Below are positions 1 to 9,898 of a DNA stretch of 64,000 bases, piece after piece; within the stretch, counting starts at the first letter, position 1, and each line of letters starts with the position of its first letter. Below the pieces are notes generated by a model, which ran no database searches, was not told where the DNA came from, and saw only the letters and a program-made list of their open reading frames with translations. The translations under genes and the position numbers were made by a program. Where the stretch lies: assembly GCA_964016885.1 (NCBI GenBank), contig OZ024744.1:22630001-22694000 (forward strand), written 5' to 3'. The DNA comes from Eledone cirrhosa. Lineage: Eukaryota.

Positions 1-1530
1 CAGTAAGGTGCCGACCGCCTCGATTGCGGAGGCCGTCGACACCATTACTGTCACATCATCGGCGTAGGCTGACACTGCTTTCCGCAATCCCGGTTCCAAA
101 GGGATGCCCTGCAACAACTCCAACTTCCGCAGTAGTGGCTCGAGAGTCAACACATACAGAAGGGAGGAGAGAGGGCACCCTTGTCGGATGGACCGCGCGA
201 TTTTGAACGGCTCCGAGAGGTAGCCGTTCACCTTGACCCTAGAGCAGATGCGGCTGCTGTTCATAGCAGTGATCCAGCCCCTGAAAACGGGCCCGAAGCC
301 TGCCGCCGCTAGCACCGCATCCAGGTAACCATGGTCGACCCTATCGAACGCCTTAGATTGATCCAAGTTGATCAGAGCCCCACCAAAGCCGGGTTCGTTC
401 CCAACCCTCTCTATGATGTATCGCATGAGGTGGAGGTTGTCATGGATGGACCTGGACGGGATAGCGCATGTCTGCGCATCTCCCACCAGGTTGCCCACGA
501 CAAGCGCCAACCTCTTTGCTAGCACCTTGGCCAAAATCTGTAACTCTGTATTTAGCAGAGTTATGGGCCTGAAGTTACTTATTTCGTCCCCCTTGTTCTC
601 GTCCTTCCTCACTAGCGTGACTACGCCCTTGGTCACAGTACAGGGAATTCTCCCGTTCTGTTGCCAGTTGCAGTAGACCGCCTCGAGGAGATCGGGGAAC
701 AAGTCCGGCATAGCTAGATATAATTCGTAAGGAAGTCCATCGAGACCCGGGGATTTGCTTTTGCCGCATTGGCCCAGCACGTCCTCTATCTCAGCGGCCG
801 AAATCGGCTCCTCGCAAGACTTCGCCTCCCTGTCCGAGAGGCGCGGCAGGCCGTCGAGGTATGGACCGAAGTCCACGTTTCCAACCGGCTCCCCGCCCCT
901 CCCGAACAGTCGGGCAAAGTGCCTTTGAAAGGCCTCACACATCTGCTTAGGCTCAAGAATCGCCCGTCCATCCAGGTCTCGCAAAGACCGGATGGTGGAT
1001 TTAGTTCCACTGTTGGCCTCTGTCACGCGGGCCCAGCTAACAGCTTTGGCCCCCTCGTTCCCTAGAGCACGTATTTTACTTCGGACAACGCAGCCTTCGT
1101 GCTTCGCGTCGAAAAACTGGCTCAAAGCCGTTCTCGACGCTAGCACTCTGGCCACGTCGCCGCTTCTAATTGCCTCTTCTACTCTATCTATTAGCTCCCT
1201 TTCCTTCCTATTCCTATCCGCAGCTAGCACCTTACTAAATTCAATCGAGACTACTCTAATCTCTCTCTTTAGAGATACCCACCACCTGCTGTTGACGATC
1301 GCTCCAGTCAACCGTTCCTTAACTAACGTACTAATCCGATTCCTGTAGGCTCTACTTGCCGGCAAGGACAAGTTGAGCTTCCAGTAACCGGGGCCCTGTC
1401 TATGCGTTCTATCAAGGTTGACCATGCAGGTCACCAACTTGTGGTCTGAATAGCCAACCATGAGCATTTCTGGACAACTTAAAAAGTCCCTGTCCTTATT
1501 TCTAACTAAAAATTTATCTAGGTACGATCT
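1..1530 (-). mobile_element. L1/Tx1-clade non-LTR retrotransposon ORF2 fragment (end of APE endonuclease plus reverse transcriptase), disrupted and 5'-truncated; continues past window start
   Basis: Manual minus-strand translation gives the endonuclease C-terminus RSYLDKFLV...GYSDHKLV...GPGYWKLN (~1530-1375). RT motifs follow in order: KSPGLDGLPYE (~760-725), NFRPITLLNTELQILAKVLAKRL, LINLDQSKAFDRVDH (~375-330), SIRQGCPLSSLLYVLTLEP (~195-140) and VSAYADDVT (~75-50). No long ORF is present in the track, so the frame is broken. Confidence 0.93.
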
Positions 1531-1534
1531 AATA

Positions 1535-1822
1535 GTTGGTATGACAGGCCTTGACTATTGGAGTTGACTAGAAAAGCTCAAACTTTATTCACTCCAACGT
1601 CACCATAGCGCTACATTATCTGCATCATGTGGAAAATATTCCATCAGCTTTGCCCAAATGTTGTTGGCATCACCTTTAATGTACACCCAAGGCTTGGGCC
1701 CCGTGCTTATCCGCCCACAACAAAATTCGCATCTCATAACAACAATACGGCACAATTAGTACCCTCAATTGGCCCTGCTCTCTTTAACATTACACCAAAA
1801 CACATTAAAATAGAAGCAGACC
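1535..1822 (+). mobile_element. CR1/L2-group LINE ORF2 C-terminal fragment, degenerate
   Basis: Plus-strand translation GMTGLDYWS*LEKLKLYSLQR..ERYIICIMWKI...SIGPALFNITPKHIK matches the 'L.Y..RL..L.L.SL..RR.R ... G..LFN.LP' pattern of CR1-group C-termini. It has one stop and one frameshift, and is cut by the (ACT)n repeat. Confidence 0.7.
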
Positions 1823-1823
1823 T

Positions 1824-2038
1824 TACTACTACTACTACTACTACCACAACAACTACTACTATTACCACAACTACTACTACTATTACCACAACTACTACTA
1901 TTGCTACCACTACTACTAACACTACTACTACCACGACTACGACTACTACCACCGCTACCACCACTACTACTACTACTTCTATCACAACTACTACTAGTGC
2001 TACCACTACTACTACTAGCGCCACCACCATCACCACCA
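1824..2038. repeat. Imperfect (ACT)n/(ACC)n trinucleotide microsatellite
   Basis: Directly visible; produces the poly-T, poly-V and poly-S spurious ORFs. Confidence 0.97.
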
Positions 2039-2789
2039 AAACCTTGCAGTCCAAATAGAGGGTTCATGGGTGTTTTAATGATAGTGGCCCCAGGCGTTAA
2101 TCCAAGAGCTGAACCATTAACTCACCTTATCCACTGATGTAACAAATATTCTATGTAGATACGATCTGGGTGACTCGGTGAGATTTGTTTACGTCCACTA
2201 TAACACATTTGCTATACCAGTTTATACCTGTCAGGTAGTTACATCACTTTCACTGCTTTTCACCTCCTGTGCCATTCAGTTGCAACACTTACCCAGGGAG
2301 ACCGTCCTTTACACAAACTCCAAACCTTTCCTAAACAAATCTATCCCTCCGATGATTTGATCTAGTAAGCACCAGTGATACCGGAGATTTCCGGGACGCA
2401 CGCTCGAGCGCTTCTCCTTAATGCCTAAAAGTTCTAGGAACTATTTGCTAGCCAGTGTGTTTTATACATTTAGAATGTGGTCTCTAAAAGATGATGTCAC
2501 AGACCCGGTAAATTATGTAGCTAATTCGAATGAGTTTGCAACAAAATATTGAACACAAATCTGAAATACAACAATATTACAAATTCACTAATTTATACAG
2601 GATACATAAATTATTACTTAAGCAATTAAGTTGTACAAGTTAAATATTCTCTCCTGATATATAACCCTGAAAGGATAAAGGATAAAGATCCCATAACTCC
2701 TTGTGGAGTCCTAGAGGCACTGTGTCAAACGGCGTGTCTAAGGCACTTTTAAATCTGGTGGAGCCTAATCCTTTCCAGGTTTGAACACA

Positions 2790-2877
2790 ACCGATTTTTT
2801 TTTCTATAGAGGAAGAATCGACCCCAGCAGTAGACTGGTACGTTTTTTATCGACATCGAAAAGATGAAAGGCAAAGT
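2790..2877 (-). mobile_element. SINE fragment with Nin/Deu-like central domain
   Basis: Reverse complement reads ACTTTGCCTTTCATCTTTTCGATGTCGATAAAAAACGTACCAGT, homologous to the copies at 4040-4425. Confidence 0.7.
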
Positions 2878-3274
2878 ATATGGTTGCTGTTGTTATTCTA
2901 TTCATGTGCTCTGTTCAACTTTGGTTTTCTTAATTCTATCTCAGTTGCTTCCCTGGTTTGTCTACCTGTTGAGTCATTTCTTTATTTAGATATTAGTTTA
3001 ATTTCTATTTGTAACCGGTTTAGAAAGTTTAATTTGGTTTAATGAGGGTAATTAGCAGTACGGTACCTGTAAGTTATTAGAAATAATTTGATTTGTTTAA
3101 CTGATCTTATTTATGAGAAAAATAATAGTTATGTTCTTGACATAAGAAAACATTACAGCAATACAATGGAAGGAAACATAATAATATCACTGATGATGTT
3201 ACAGGTGTGGGACGAAGAACTCTGAAAATCTATATTTATATCTATATTTTTAACTGTCTGCCAATCCAACGCCC

Positions 3275-3325
3275 CGGGCTAGTACTTTACTTTATCCACC
3301 CCAAAAGGATAAAACGCAAAATTAA
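3275..3325 (-). mobile_element. Very degenerate fragment of the same SINE domain
   Basis: CTAGTACTTTACTTTATCCACCCCAAAAGGATAAAACGCAAA resembles the reverse complement of TTTGCCTTTCATCCTTxCGGGGTCGATAAAATAAAGTACCAG. Confidence 0.45.
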
Positions 3326-3436
3326 AACATCCATAATAATATATACTAAACAAAGAGTACCTTACAATACTCTACATACGACCAAATTCGAGAACCTCAG
3401 ACAAATATGAAGTACGTCTGCCTATTTATAATTGCC

Positions 3437-3740
3437 TTCTTCTTCTTCTTTGCCCACTTATTTCTGAGAGAGTCATGGGGGAAGAGTCCTCAAACACTCC
3501 CTCCAGTAGGTCCTGTCAGAAGCAATCGTTTCCAACTGATCCGACTGGTTCCCTAAGTGAGACCAGTCAAGCTCATGGATGTTATCCAACCATCTTGTTC
3601 GGGGTCTATCCTTGGGTCTCCTGCAGGCTGGTTTTGCTCGTAAAATCTGTCCATCGATTCCTTCCTGAGACATTCTAACCACATGCCCATAGTATCGGAG
3701 CTGTGATTTCTCAATTCGGGGAAGTAGCGGCTCTACCTGG
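3437..3740 (-). mobile_element. RTE-clade LINE 3' end fragment with (GAA)n tail
   Basis: ORF 3473..3784 contains QLRYYGHVVRM...RRPKDRPRTRWLDNI, the RTE C-terminal R[WY]xGHxxR / GRPxxxW motif. (CTT)n at 3437-3449 marks the 3' tail. Confidence 0.85.
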
Positions 3741-4039
3741 GGTGACTCTCTGATCTCCATTTTTGTTCCTAGAATTAATTTCATTTTATTGTCTGTTATA
3801 CATAAACATATTATGTCAACTATATTTTACAGAAGTTATACAATGGTGGAAACATCACGATCAAAACTGCAAAGTCATTTTCGCGGACAATGGCCAGTGA
3901 CATTGGCGACTATGGTGGAGCTCTTAAATGTAAAAAGTAAAGAACTGGAACAAATACCGTACAAGAATTTCCTTCCATACTCTAAAGATTCTGCTAATTG
4001 TCTGATTTATTGTATTTTGCCATGACTTTACATTTACGT

Positions 4040-4260
4040 GGCGGTGGGTTGGCAGTAATCAGGAGGGCGCCCGACAACAGGCTTTGTGACATAGAGTTAT
4101 GGCCTTTTATCTTCTGACTTCAAATTCCGCCGAGGTTAACTTTGTCATTAATCCTTACAGGGTCGATAAAATAAAGTACCAGTAATGTACTGCGGTTGAT
4201 TTAATCTACTTAACCCTCCGCCCAAATTATTGGTCATGTTCCTAAATCAGAAACCATTAT
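4040..4260 (+). mobile_element. tRNA-derived SINE with Nin/Deu-like domain, near full length
   Basis: Head GGCGGTGGGTTGGCAG, B-box-like TTCAAATTCCGCC, then GAGGTTAACTTTGTCATTAATCCTTACAGGGTCGATAAAATAAAGTACCAGT. Confidence 0.75.
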
Positions 4261-4273
4261 ATATAAGCCTCCT

Positions 4274-4425
4274 CAGTTCAAATCCCGCCGAGGTTAACTT
4301 TGCCTTTCATCCTTACGGGGTCGATAAAATAAAGTACCAGTAATACACTGGAGTTGATTTAATTGCTCCCAACCCCACCTCAAAGAACAAATCGTTAACC
4401 TTGTGCCTAAATAAAAAACATTATT
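4274..4425 (+). mobile_element. Second, 5'-truncated tandem copy of the same SINE
   Basis: GTTCAAATCCCGCCGAGGTTAACTTTGCCTTTCATCCTTACGGGGTCGATAAAATAAAGTACCAGTAA aligns with 4118-4185. Confidence 0.78.
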
Positions 4426-4649
4426 TTCCCATTTACCGGAGTTTTTCATTGGCTTAATAGACCAAACATATATGTTTGTTATATCTTAATCCCTGTACAA
4501 TATTAGATAAACTTTATATCAAAGAATCCACGTGGTTATTTACAGCAAACTAAGAAAGAAAAAAAGTTGTATTTACAAGAACCAAGTGATTATCATTGTT
4601 TCTAAGTGGGATAAGTTTTATGTGCGTTCTTTTAATGGTCTACTCCGTG

Positions 4650-4820
4650 TGAATGCAGAGTTGAACGGATAAGATGTTCGCTTTGCAATCATGAGGACCC
4701 GGTTTCGATCCCATTGAATGACATAATACTTATATATCTTTAGGTCGACGTAGCTTCAGGTTGACACAAGCATTTTCACTGAAATTGAGTAGACGGAAAC
4801 ATTGCTGAAGCCTGTCGGAT
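4650..4820 (+). mobile_element. tRNA-derived SINE of a second family, degenerate
   Basis: tRNA-like head with B-box CCCGGTTTCGATCCC (~4698-4712), followed by GTAGACGGAAAC...GAAGCCTGTCG, which I recall from octopus SINE 3' regions (not verified by search). Confidence 0.55.
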
Positions 4821-5439
4821 GGGCTGAGTCTGTAATTCAAAAATTCAGCATTGTTACATACTGTTTCAGGTTCATTCAGCTTCGTTATAGCATTTAAGAT
4901 ACACGTGTCTGATGATGGATATTTAACCAATTACGTGATAATTCGAGGGTTGAATGTTCAATTGACTACAAAACTAGATGATCATTGTCGAAACTGACGG
5001 AGGATCCTTCACGCACGTGCGTAAGTTTGTGTGTTTGAGTGTAGGCACTTTGTATTTTTAACTGGCTACATTTTAAGTTGGTATGTATTCATAATATTTT
5101 AATGGCTATTTCATTCATTTAAAATGGATTCATTCCAACTCACCACAAATTAAAATAAATAATAATAAAGATAAAAATAAAAATAAAGACAAAAAAAAAT
5201 ATCGTCAATTATTTTTTTATCACCCGTTTGAAAATGTTCTTCTAGTAGAAATGTTTAGCGAATACCGAAGACCGAAGCTCCTACGACCGACCTTAACAAC
5301 AAACCTTATGTCAATGTATCAATCTTACCATTCCTCAAGCACAAACACCCCGCCGATATTTTCTCTTTTATCCCTTCCCCTATTAAAACATTACCCATCC
5401 TTCTTTCTTCCTTTTCTATCAGGGAGCGTGTGTATGTGT

Positions 5440-5545
5440 GTGTGGAGAGAGGGAGAGAGAGCAGCAGCAGCAGCAGCAGCAGCAGCACAGCAATAAACAT
5501 TAATCACGGGATATTCCTTTTCTAGCAGAGAGAGAGAGAGAGCAA
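5440..5545. repeat. (GA)n and (CAG)n microsatellites within a short local duplication
   Basis: (CAG)n at ~5461-5490 and (GA)n at ~5527-5541. CAATAAACATTAATCACGGGATATT occurs at both 5491 and 5551. Confidence 0.9.
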
Positions 5546-6412
5546 CATATCAATAAACATTAATCACGGGATATTGTTTGACACGGACAACAAGCTAGGC
5601 AATTTACTGCAATAATCTGCAACTGAAATTGTCAACAGCACAAGCTGTTAACACCGGCTCGCTGTCAGCACCGCAGTCAACTCAACAAACAGTCACCACC
5701 AGAACAACCACATACGAGGCGGGGGGAGGGGACATTGCGAATAGATTACTTCTACAAACAATCAAAGCAAACATAAATAAATAATTAAATAAGTAAATAA
5801 AATAATTATATAAATAAATAAATAAAATATATCATAAAATAAAATAAAATAAAATAAAAGTTTAAGACCGCAATTTGTTAATACCAGAAACAATCGAGTG
5901 TATAAATACCGAACTCTACTAATAATTGGTTTGAAATGTAACTTATTGTAGAAGTTTTACGATAAACATGTAATTTTTAGCATCGTTGTGAAAATAAACC
6001 AAATTCTTACACCACAGAATTTTAGTTGATCTCTCTACAAGGGCAGAAGATGGAGAATCGTCATGACAAGTTTCTAGATTTATTATATCTCCATCAGAGA
6101 AATATATACATATGAACTATCCACTGGGATATTAGTAGTTTTTAGCTAGCTATTTATAATGAATAAAACTATCAATCGTCTAAACGGTGCATTCTCTGAT
6201 AACATGGTTTACTTAATTCAGTACGATGCCTTACACAGTTTGTTTTTTTTTGTTTTTTTTTAGTTTTTGATGGAATATAAGTTACACCTTAGAAATATAT
6301 ATTTAATCTTGAAAATATATAATTTATATATAGTAAAGTAGTAACATGATTACATGAAGGCTTTTTTATATCTCCGTGGGCATAAAAACTGAAATCAATC
6401 TGAGTAGTTTAT

Positions 6413-6500
6413 AGTCTAGTCCGGAGGTTCTCAAACTTTTGGGGCCACCCGCCCCTGCAGCCACGTAATACCCTCAGCGCCCCCACCCCTATTTCTAGAG
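6413..6500 (+). mobile_element. hAT-Charlie-like non-autonomous DNA transposon end, remnant
   Basis: GTCTAGTC (NTCTAGNN-type target) followed by CGGAGGTTCTCAAACTTTTGGGGCC, resembling the CAGxGGTTCTCAAACT TIR class. No matching opposite TIR is seen. Confidence 0.45.
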
Positions 6501-6853
6501 AGACCTACCGACATGCAAATTGTAAATAATATATAAAAAGGAAAATCGTTAATTTATATATAATAAATAATATAATATATACTATGTATAAATATTATAT
6601 TTATTATATTATTTTATTATATCTATATATAACATGTATCATTTGATATTTGTTATTATATTATATCATCTCTATCGCCCTCTTAGGCCGCAGCGCCGCC
6701 TGATACTTCTCAATATATATATATTTATTAAAATAACAGATTACAGTTTAAGCAAAGAATCGCTGCTTTCATCCTTAACGGGATTTTCTGAAACAATGGA
6801 TATATATCATAAATCATGTCCTTAGAATTATTAGATAAAATATATACCATTTC

Positions 6854-7565
6854 CATCGTGAACGGTTGCCACATATATATCTGTGACTTTATGTATATGT
6901 AAATCTTTATATTTAATAATCTCCCGTTGGGTTGAGATGCAATTGGGCGATATTGTGCTGCGCTTTCTAGCAACCAGCCTACTCGCCGTAAGCAACTAAT
7001 CACATTCTTTCTAACTTGACCACTGCCACGTCACGATTCTTAGCCATTTTTAAAATCTATTTCTGGCGCGATCGTTTTGGAAAAGTAACTGTCCTATTGA
7101 GTTTGTCTCCTGATGAGTTCGATATTCGAGATTTATCCTTAATAGGATATCTCAAAATACGAACGAAACCATGGTAGAGATGTAATTACGGTATGTACAC
7201 GTTTCTTCTAACTTTAAATTTATACCTAATTGTATATGGTTGACGGTATATTTAGTCAATTTCTACATGCTGTTGAAATGTTGGGTAAATACTCTATTGT
7301 GGTTAACCGCGAAGAGGCCACTTTCGGTTATTTATAAAATATTTCTTCATAGGAGCCTTTATTCTTATAGCCTGGTCTAATTGATTTTTTATATGCTTAA
7401 TTATGCTAATTGGGAGAGGAAATTATATATATGTTATCTAATAATTCTAAGGACATGATTTATGATATATTGCTCTGATTATTTAATTTATTAATTCTTC
7501 ATTGAGCCACATCGTGAACGGTTGCCACATATATATCTGTGACTTTATGTATATGTAAATCTTTA

Positions 7566-7571
<6 letters not shown>
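6854..7571 (+). mobile_element. Hammerhead-bearing non-coding unit A (retrozyme or Penelope pLTR-like), 656-bp period with 62-bp terminal direct repeats
   Basis: Identical CATCGTGAACGGTTGCCACAT...AAATCTTTATATTTA at 6854-6915 and 7510-7571, with a hammerhead motif at 7104-7182 and no meaningful ORF. Confidence 0.65.
7104..7182 (+). ncRNA. Type I hammerhead ribozyme with minimal helix III and long helix II
   Basis: TGTCTC-CTGATGA-GTTCG...CGAAC-GAAA-CCATGG-TA-GAGATG. Helix I pairs TGTCTC with GAGATG (two G-U). The core CUGAUGA and GAAA are intact. Helix II is the 48-nt hairpin at 7117-7164. Helix III is the palindrome ACCATGGT. The GUA cleavage triplet ends at 7176. Confidence 0.85.

Positions 7572-7650
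<79 letters not shown>
7571..7650. repeat. Perfect (TA)n microsatellite of about 40 units
   Basis: Directly visible. Confidence 0.98.
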
Positions 7651-7655
<5 letters not shown>

Positions 7656-7664
7656 TATTTATAG

Positions 7665-8158
7665 GTACATACATATATGTGTACAGACGTACAGTAGTAT
7701 GTATATATATGCATACATGCACACATATATATATGTACGTATGGGTTTACCGAACATTTATTTCCATGATCGGTTTGTTTGTAAACAAACAACCCGAATT
7801 ACGCCGTACAGTGCTCGGCAACCATCGGCGCCCTTTTGTTCAATACTGACACAGGAACGATGTACTAGTTTCATGCTTATTAGCTATCATCAGCATCGTA
7901 TACCTTTCTGTCAGATGATTGAAAGTATATACTTTCCTTATGCATATTAACGACTGAGCAGCCTAATTTTCATATCGAGTGAGTAAGTCGGCCGGGCGCA
8001 CAGAAAACGATAAATGGAAAAGAATGAAACGAAATTTCATTTCTCACTCTTGGTACGGCTGATACCTAAATATAAGTACGTATACGTACATACATATATG
8101 TGTACAGACGTACAGTAGTATGTATATATATATATATATACATACATGTACACATATA
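7665..8158 (-). mobile_element. Hammerhead-bearing non-coding unit B (retrozyme-like), 421-bp period with terminal direct repeats
   Basis: GTACATACATATATGTGTACAGACGTACAGTAGTATGTATATATAT begins at both 7665 and 8086. A minus-strand hammerhead motif lies at 7857-7899. Confidence 0.6.
7857..7899 (-). ncRNA. Minimal type I hammerhead ribozyme
   Basis: Minus strand reads ACGATG-CTGATGA-TAGCTAATAAGCAT-GAAA-CTAG-TA-CATCGT. It has a perfect 6-bp helix I, an intact core, palindromic ACTAGT helix III and a GUA triplet. Helix II is short (GCT/AGC) with a non-canonical closing pair. Confidence 0.78.
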
Positions 8159-8508
8159 CACATATACACGAGACGTCCTACACGAGTGAAAGTATAAGGA
8201 AAAAAGATGAAGTCGAAAATGCAACTGGAGTCTTTTTAAGAATATTTATTTGGTTCCTTCTCCGCTATGTACTGGGCAAGCTCGTCAACATTATAAGATG
8301 TCTCACGCAGCAAATCCGAAGACAGAGTGTTTGCGTCTTCCCGGTTTGTTGAAGGTAGGCCATACACCGCCAACGCACTACCGCCCATATCGAGAACAGT
8401 ATCTTCGATTTCAAGTAGCGCCCTGTTGTAAATGAGGTCACTGTATCCGACCTCCATCGATGGGTTTAGCAACAGAGCGTGATGCAGGAAATCTTCAGAC
8501 ATGTAATC

Positions 8509-9880
8509 TTAGTAGCTAAGCCATAAAGAGGCCTGATCACCCAAGTCGCACCATAGGAGTAGAATAACGAAAAGCGATCTTAGTCTTTTAGGAGATTTCA
8601 ACAAAACGCTCTCTGCCATAGTGGCGCCCCATTGTAAATCATCCTCCAAAAGGCCACACCTAAAGCAGGCTTCCCCGAAAGTATCACATAATTCACCGTC
8701 AACAGTTCTTATGTCTCGAAAGCTTTGTGGGCCAAAAACCTCATGGAGGAGAAGGTGTAGGTGAAAACACTCATGCTGGTTGGGAGGTACAGTGTACACT
8801 CTTCCTAGACAACTGTCAAACTTGACACCAGGATGTCCTTCAACATCCTGACCTGACTTCCTACGCACCAAAGTGTTGTTTGACCACACGTTGTAGGACG
8901 GGACCTGAAGATATGAAAGTGTTTTTGCAAATGTGTCAAGTTTGCAAAGCGTAAAAAAACCAGTCAAAGTTGTTTCTTTTGGATTGGCCGCCAAATGAAC
9001 AGCAGTCTGTTCAGTAAAGTAAGCCCGCTGGCCGTTTTCCAAATGAACAGCTAGTTGTATGATGGCGGGGTGCCTTTGGTGAAGTGGAAACCCGAATATC
9101 CGCGAAAAAGCTTCACCACTGCTGATATATCGACCTGCCAAGTGCTCCGAGACCTCGTCCCTGCTATTGTGGTTTTGAAGGCCGAACATGGCAGCGTCAG
9201 AACCCTTGTTAACATATTTACATATGTACTTTATTGACTTCACTAAATGACAGAAGTCCACATTTATATGAGCGTTGACAGTTTTCATCAGAAATGGACA
9301 GTACGGGGCCACCCACCTATTATCAACTTGATGACCCCGTAACGTCATAGTGAATCCACCGTTCTCAGGCCGCCTTCGTCTGTACAGTGGGTATCCGTCG
9401 CCACCGGTCTGGGTCTCTTCAACAAACCTATTTGGGTATCGTTTAGTGCACACATGGTCCTTGTGGCATGAGGAGACCTCTTGAAAACCAGGACCGCATG
9501 GACCGTGCACCATGTGTGCCTTCACAATGTCGTACAGCTGTCGGTCAACAACGGGGTCCGGTATTTCCGCTGCGATGACGTCATCTAGAACTGTAGGGTC
9601 TATCTTGGTGACCAACCAAACCAAAATGTGCGCGTGTGGAAACCCTCTCTTCTGCCACTCAACAGTATACATGTGGCACCTAACAGGCCCGAAAACCTTC
9701 CCTTTTTTATTAGATCAATTAGCTTAGCCACCTTCTGCCTGAAAACCATGGCAATAATATCATGCCGATGGCAATACTGCTGCCCTGGAATAAGTTCCCG
9801 CGAAACATCAACCCACTTGGGGTTACACGTAAACGTGATGAATCGGGGCGCCCATAATGCCGAACGAACGTCATAGCGTC
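8509..9880 (-). pseudogene. Helitron Rep (HUH endonuclease) domain fragment
   Basis: Motif 1 FITFTCNPKW (~9843-9814), motif 2 VEWQKRGFPHAHIL, MVHGPCG, CTKRYP, GYPLYRRR, DNRWVAPY, AHINV, motif 3 KYICKYVNKGSD, LAVHLENGQ and GRVYTV. Confidence 0.95.
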
Positions 9881-9898
9881 CTGTGTTCGCTCGTGCAT

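Noticed and set aside
1627-2137. Mucin-like poly-Thr and overlapping poly-Val/Ser ORFs
   Set aside because: A CR1-like fragment read into an (ACT)n microsatellite.
3185-3230. Hammerhead-like CTGATGA...CGAAG
   Set aside because: GAAA is altered and helices I and II pair poorly, so it cannot be told from chance.
4650-4715. tRNA gene
   Set aside because: Only a B-box-like arm is present with no full cloverleaf; it is a SINE head.
6755-6795. Minus-strand CAGAAAA-TCC...GGAT-GAAA resembling a decayed hammerhead
   Set aside because: Two core mismatches and no convincing helix I or UH site; at best a dead remnant.
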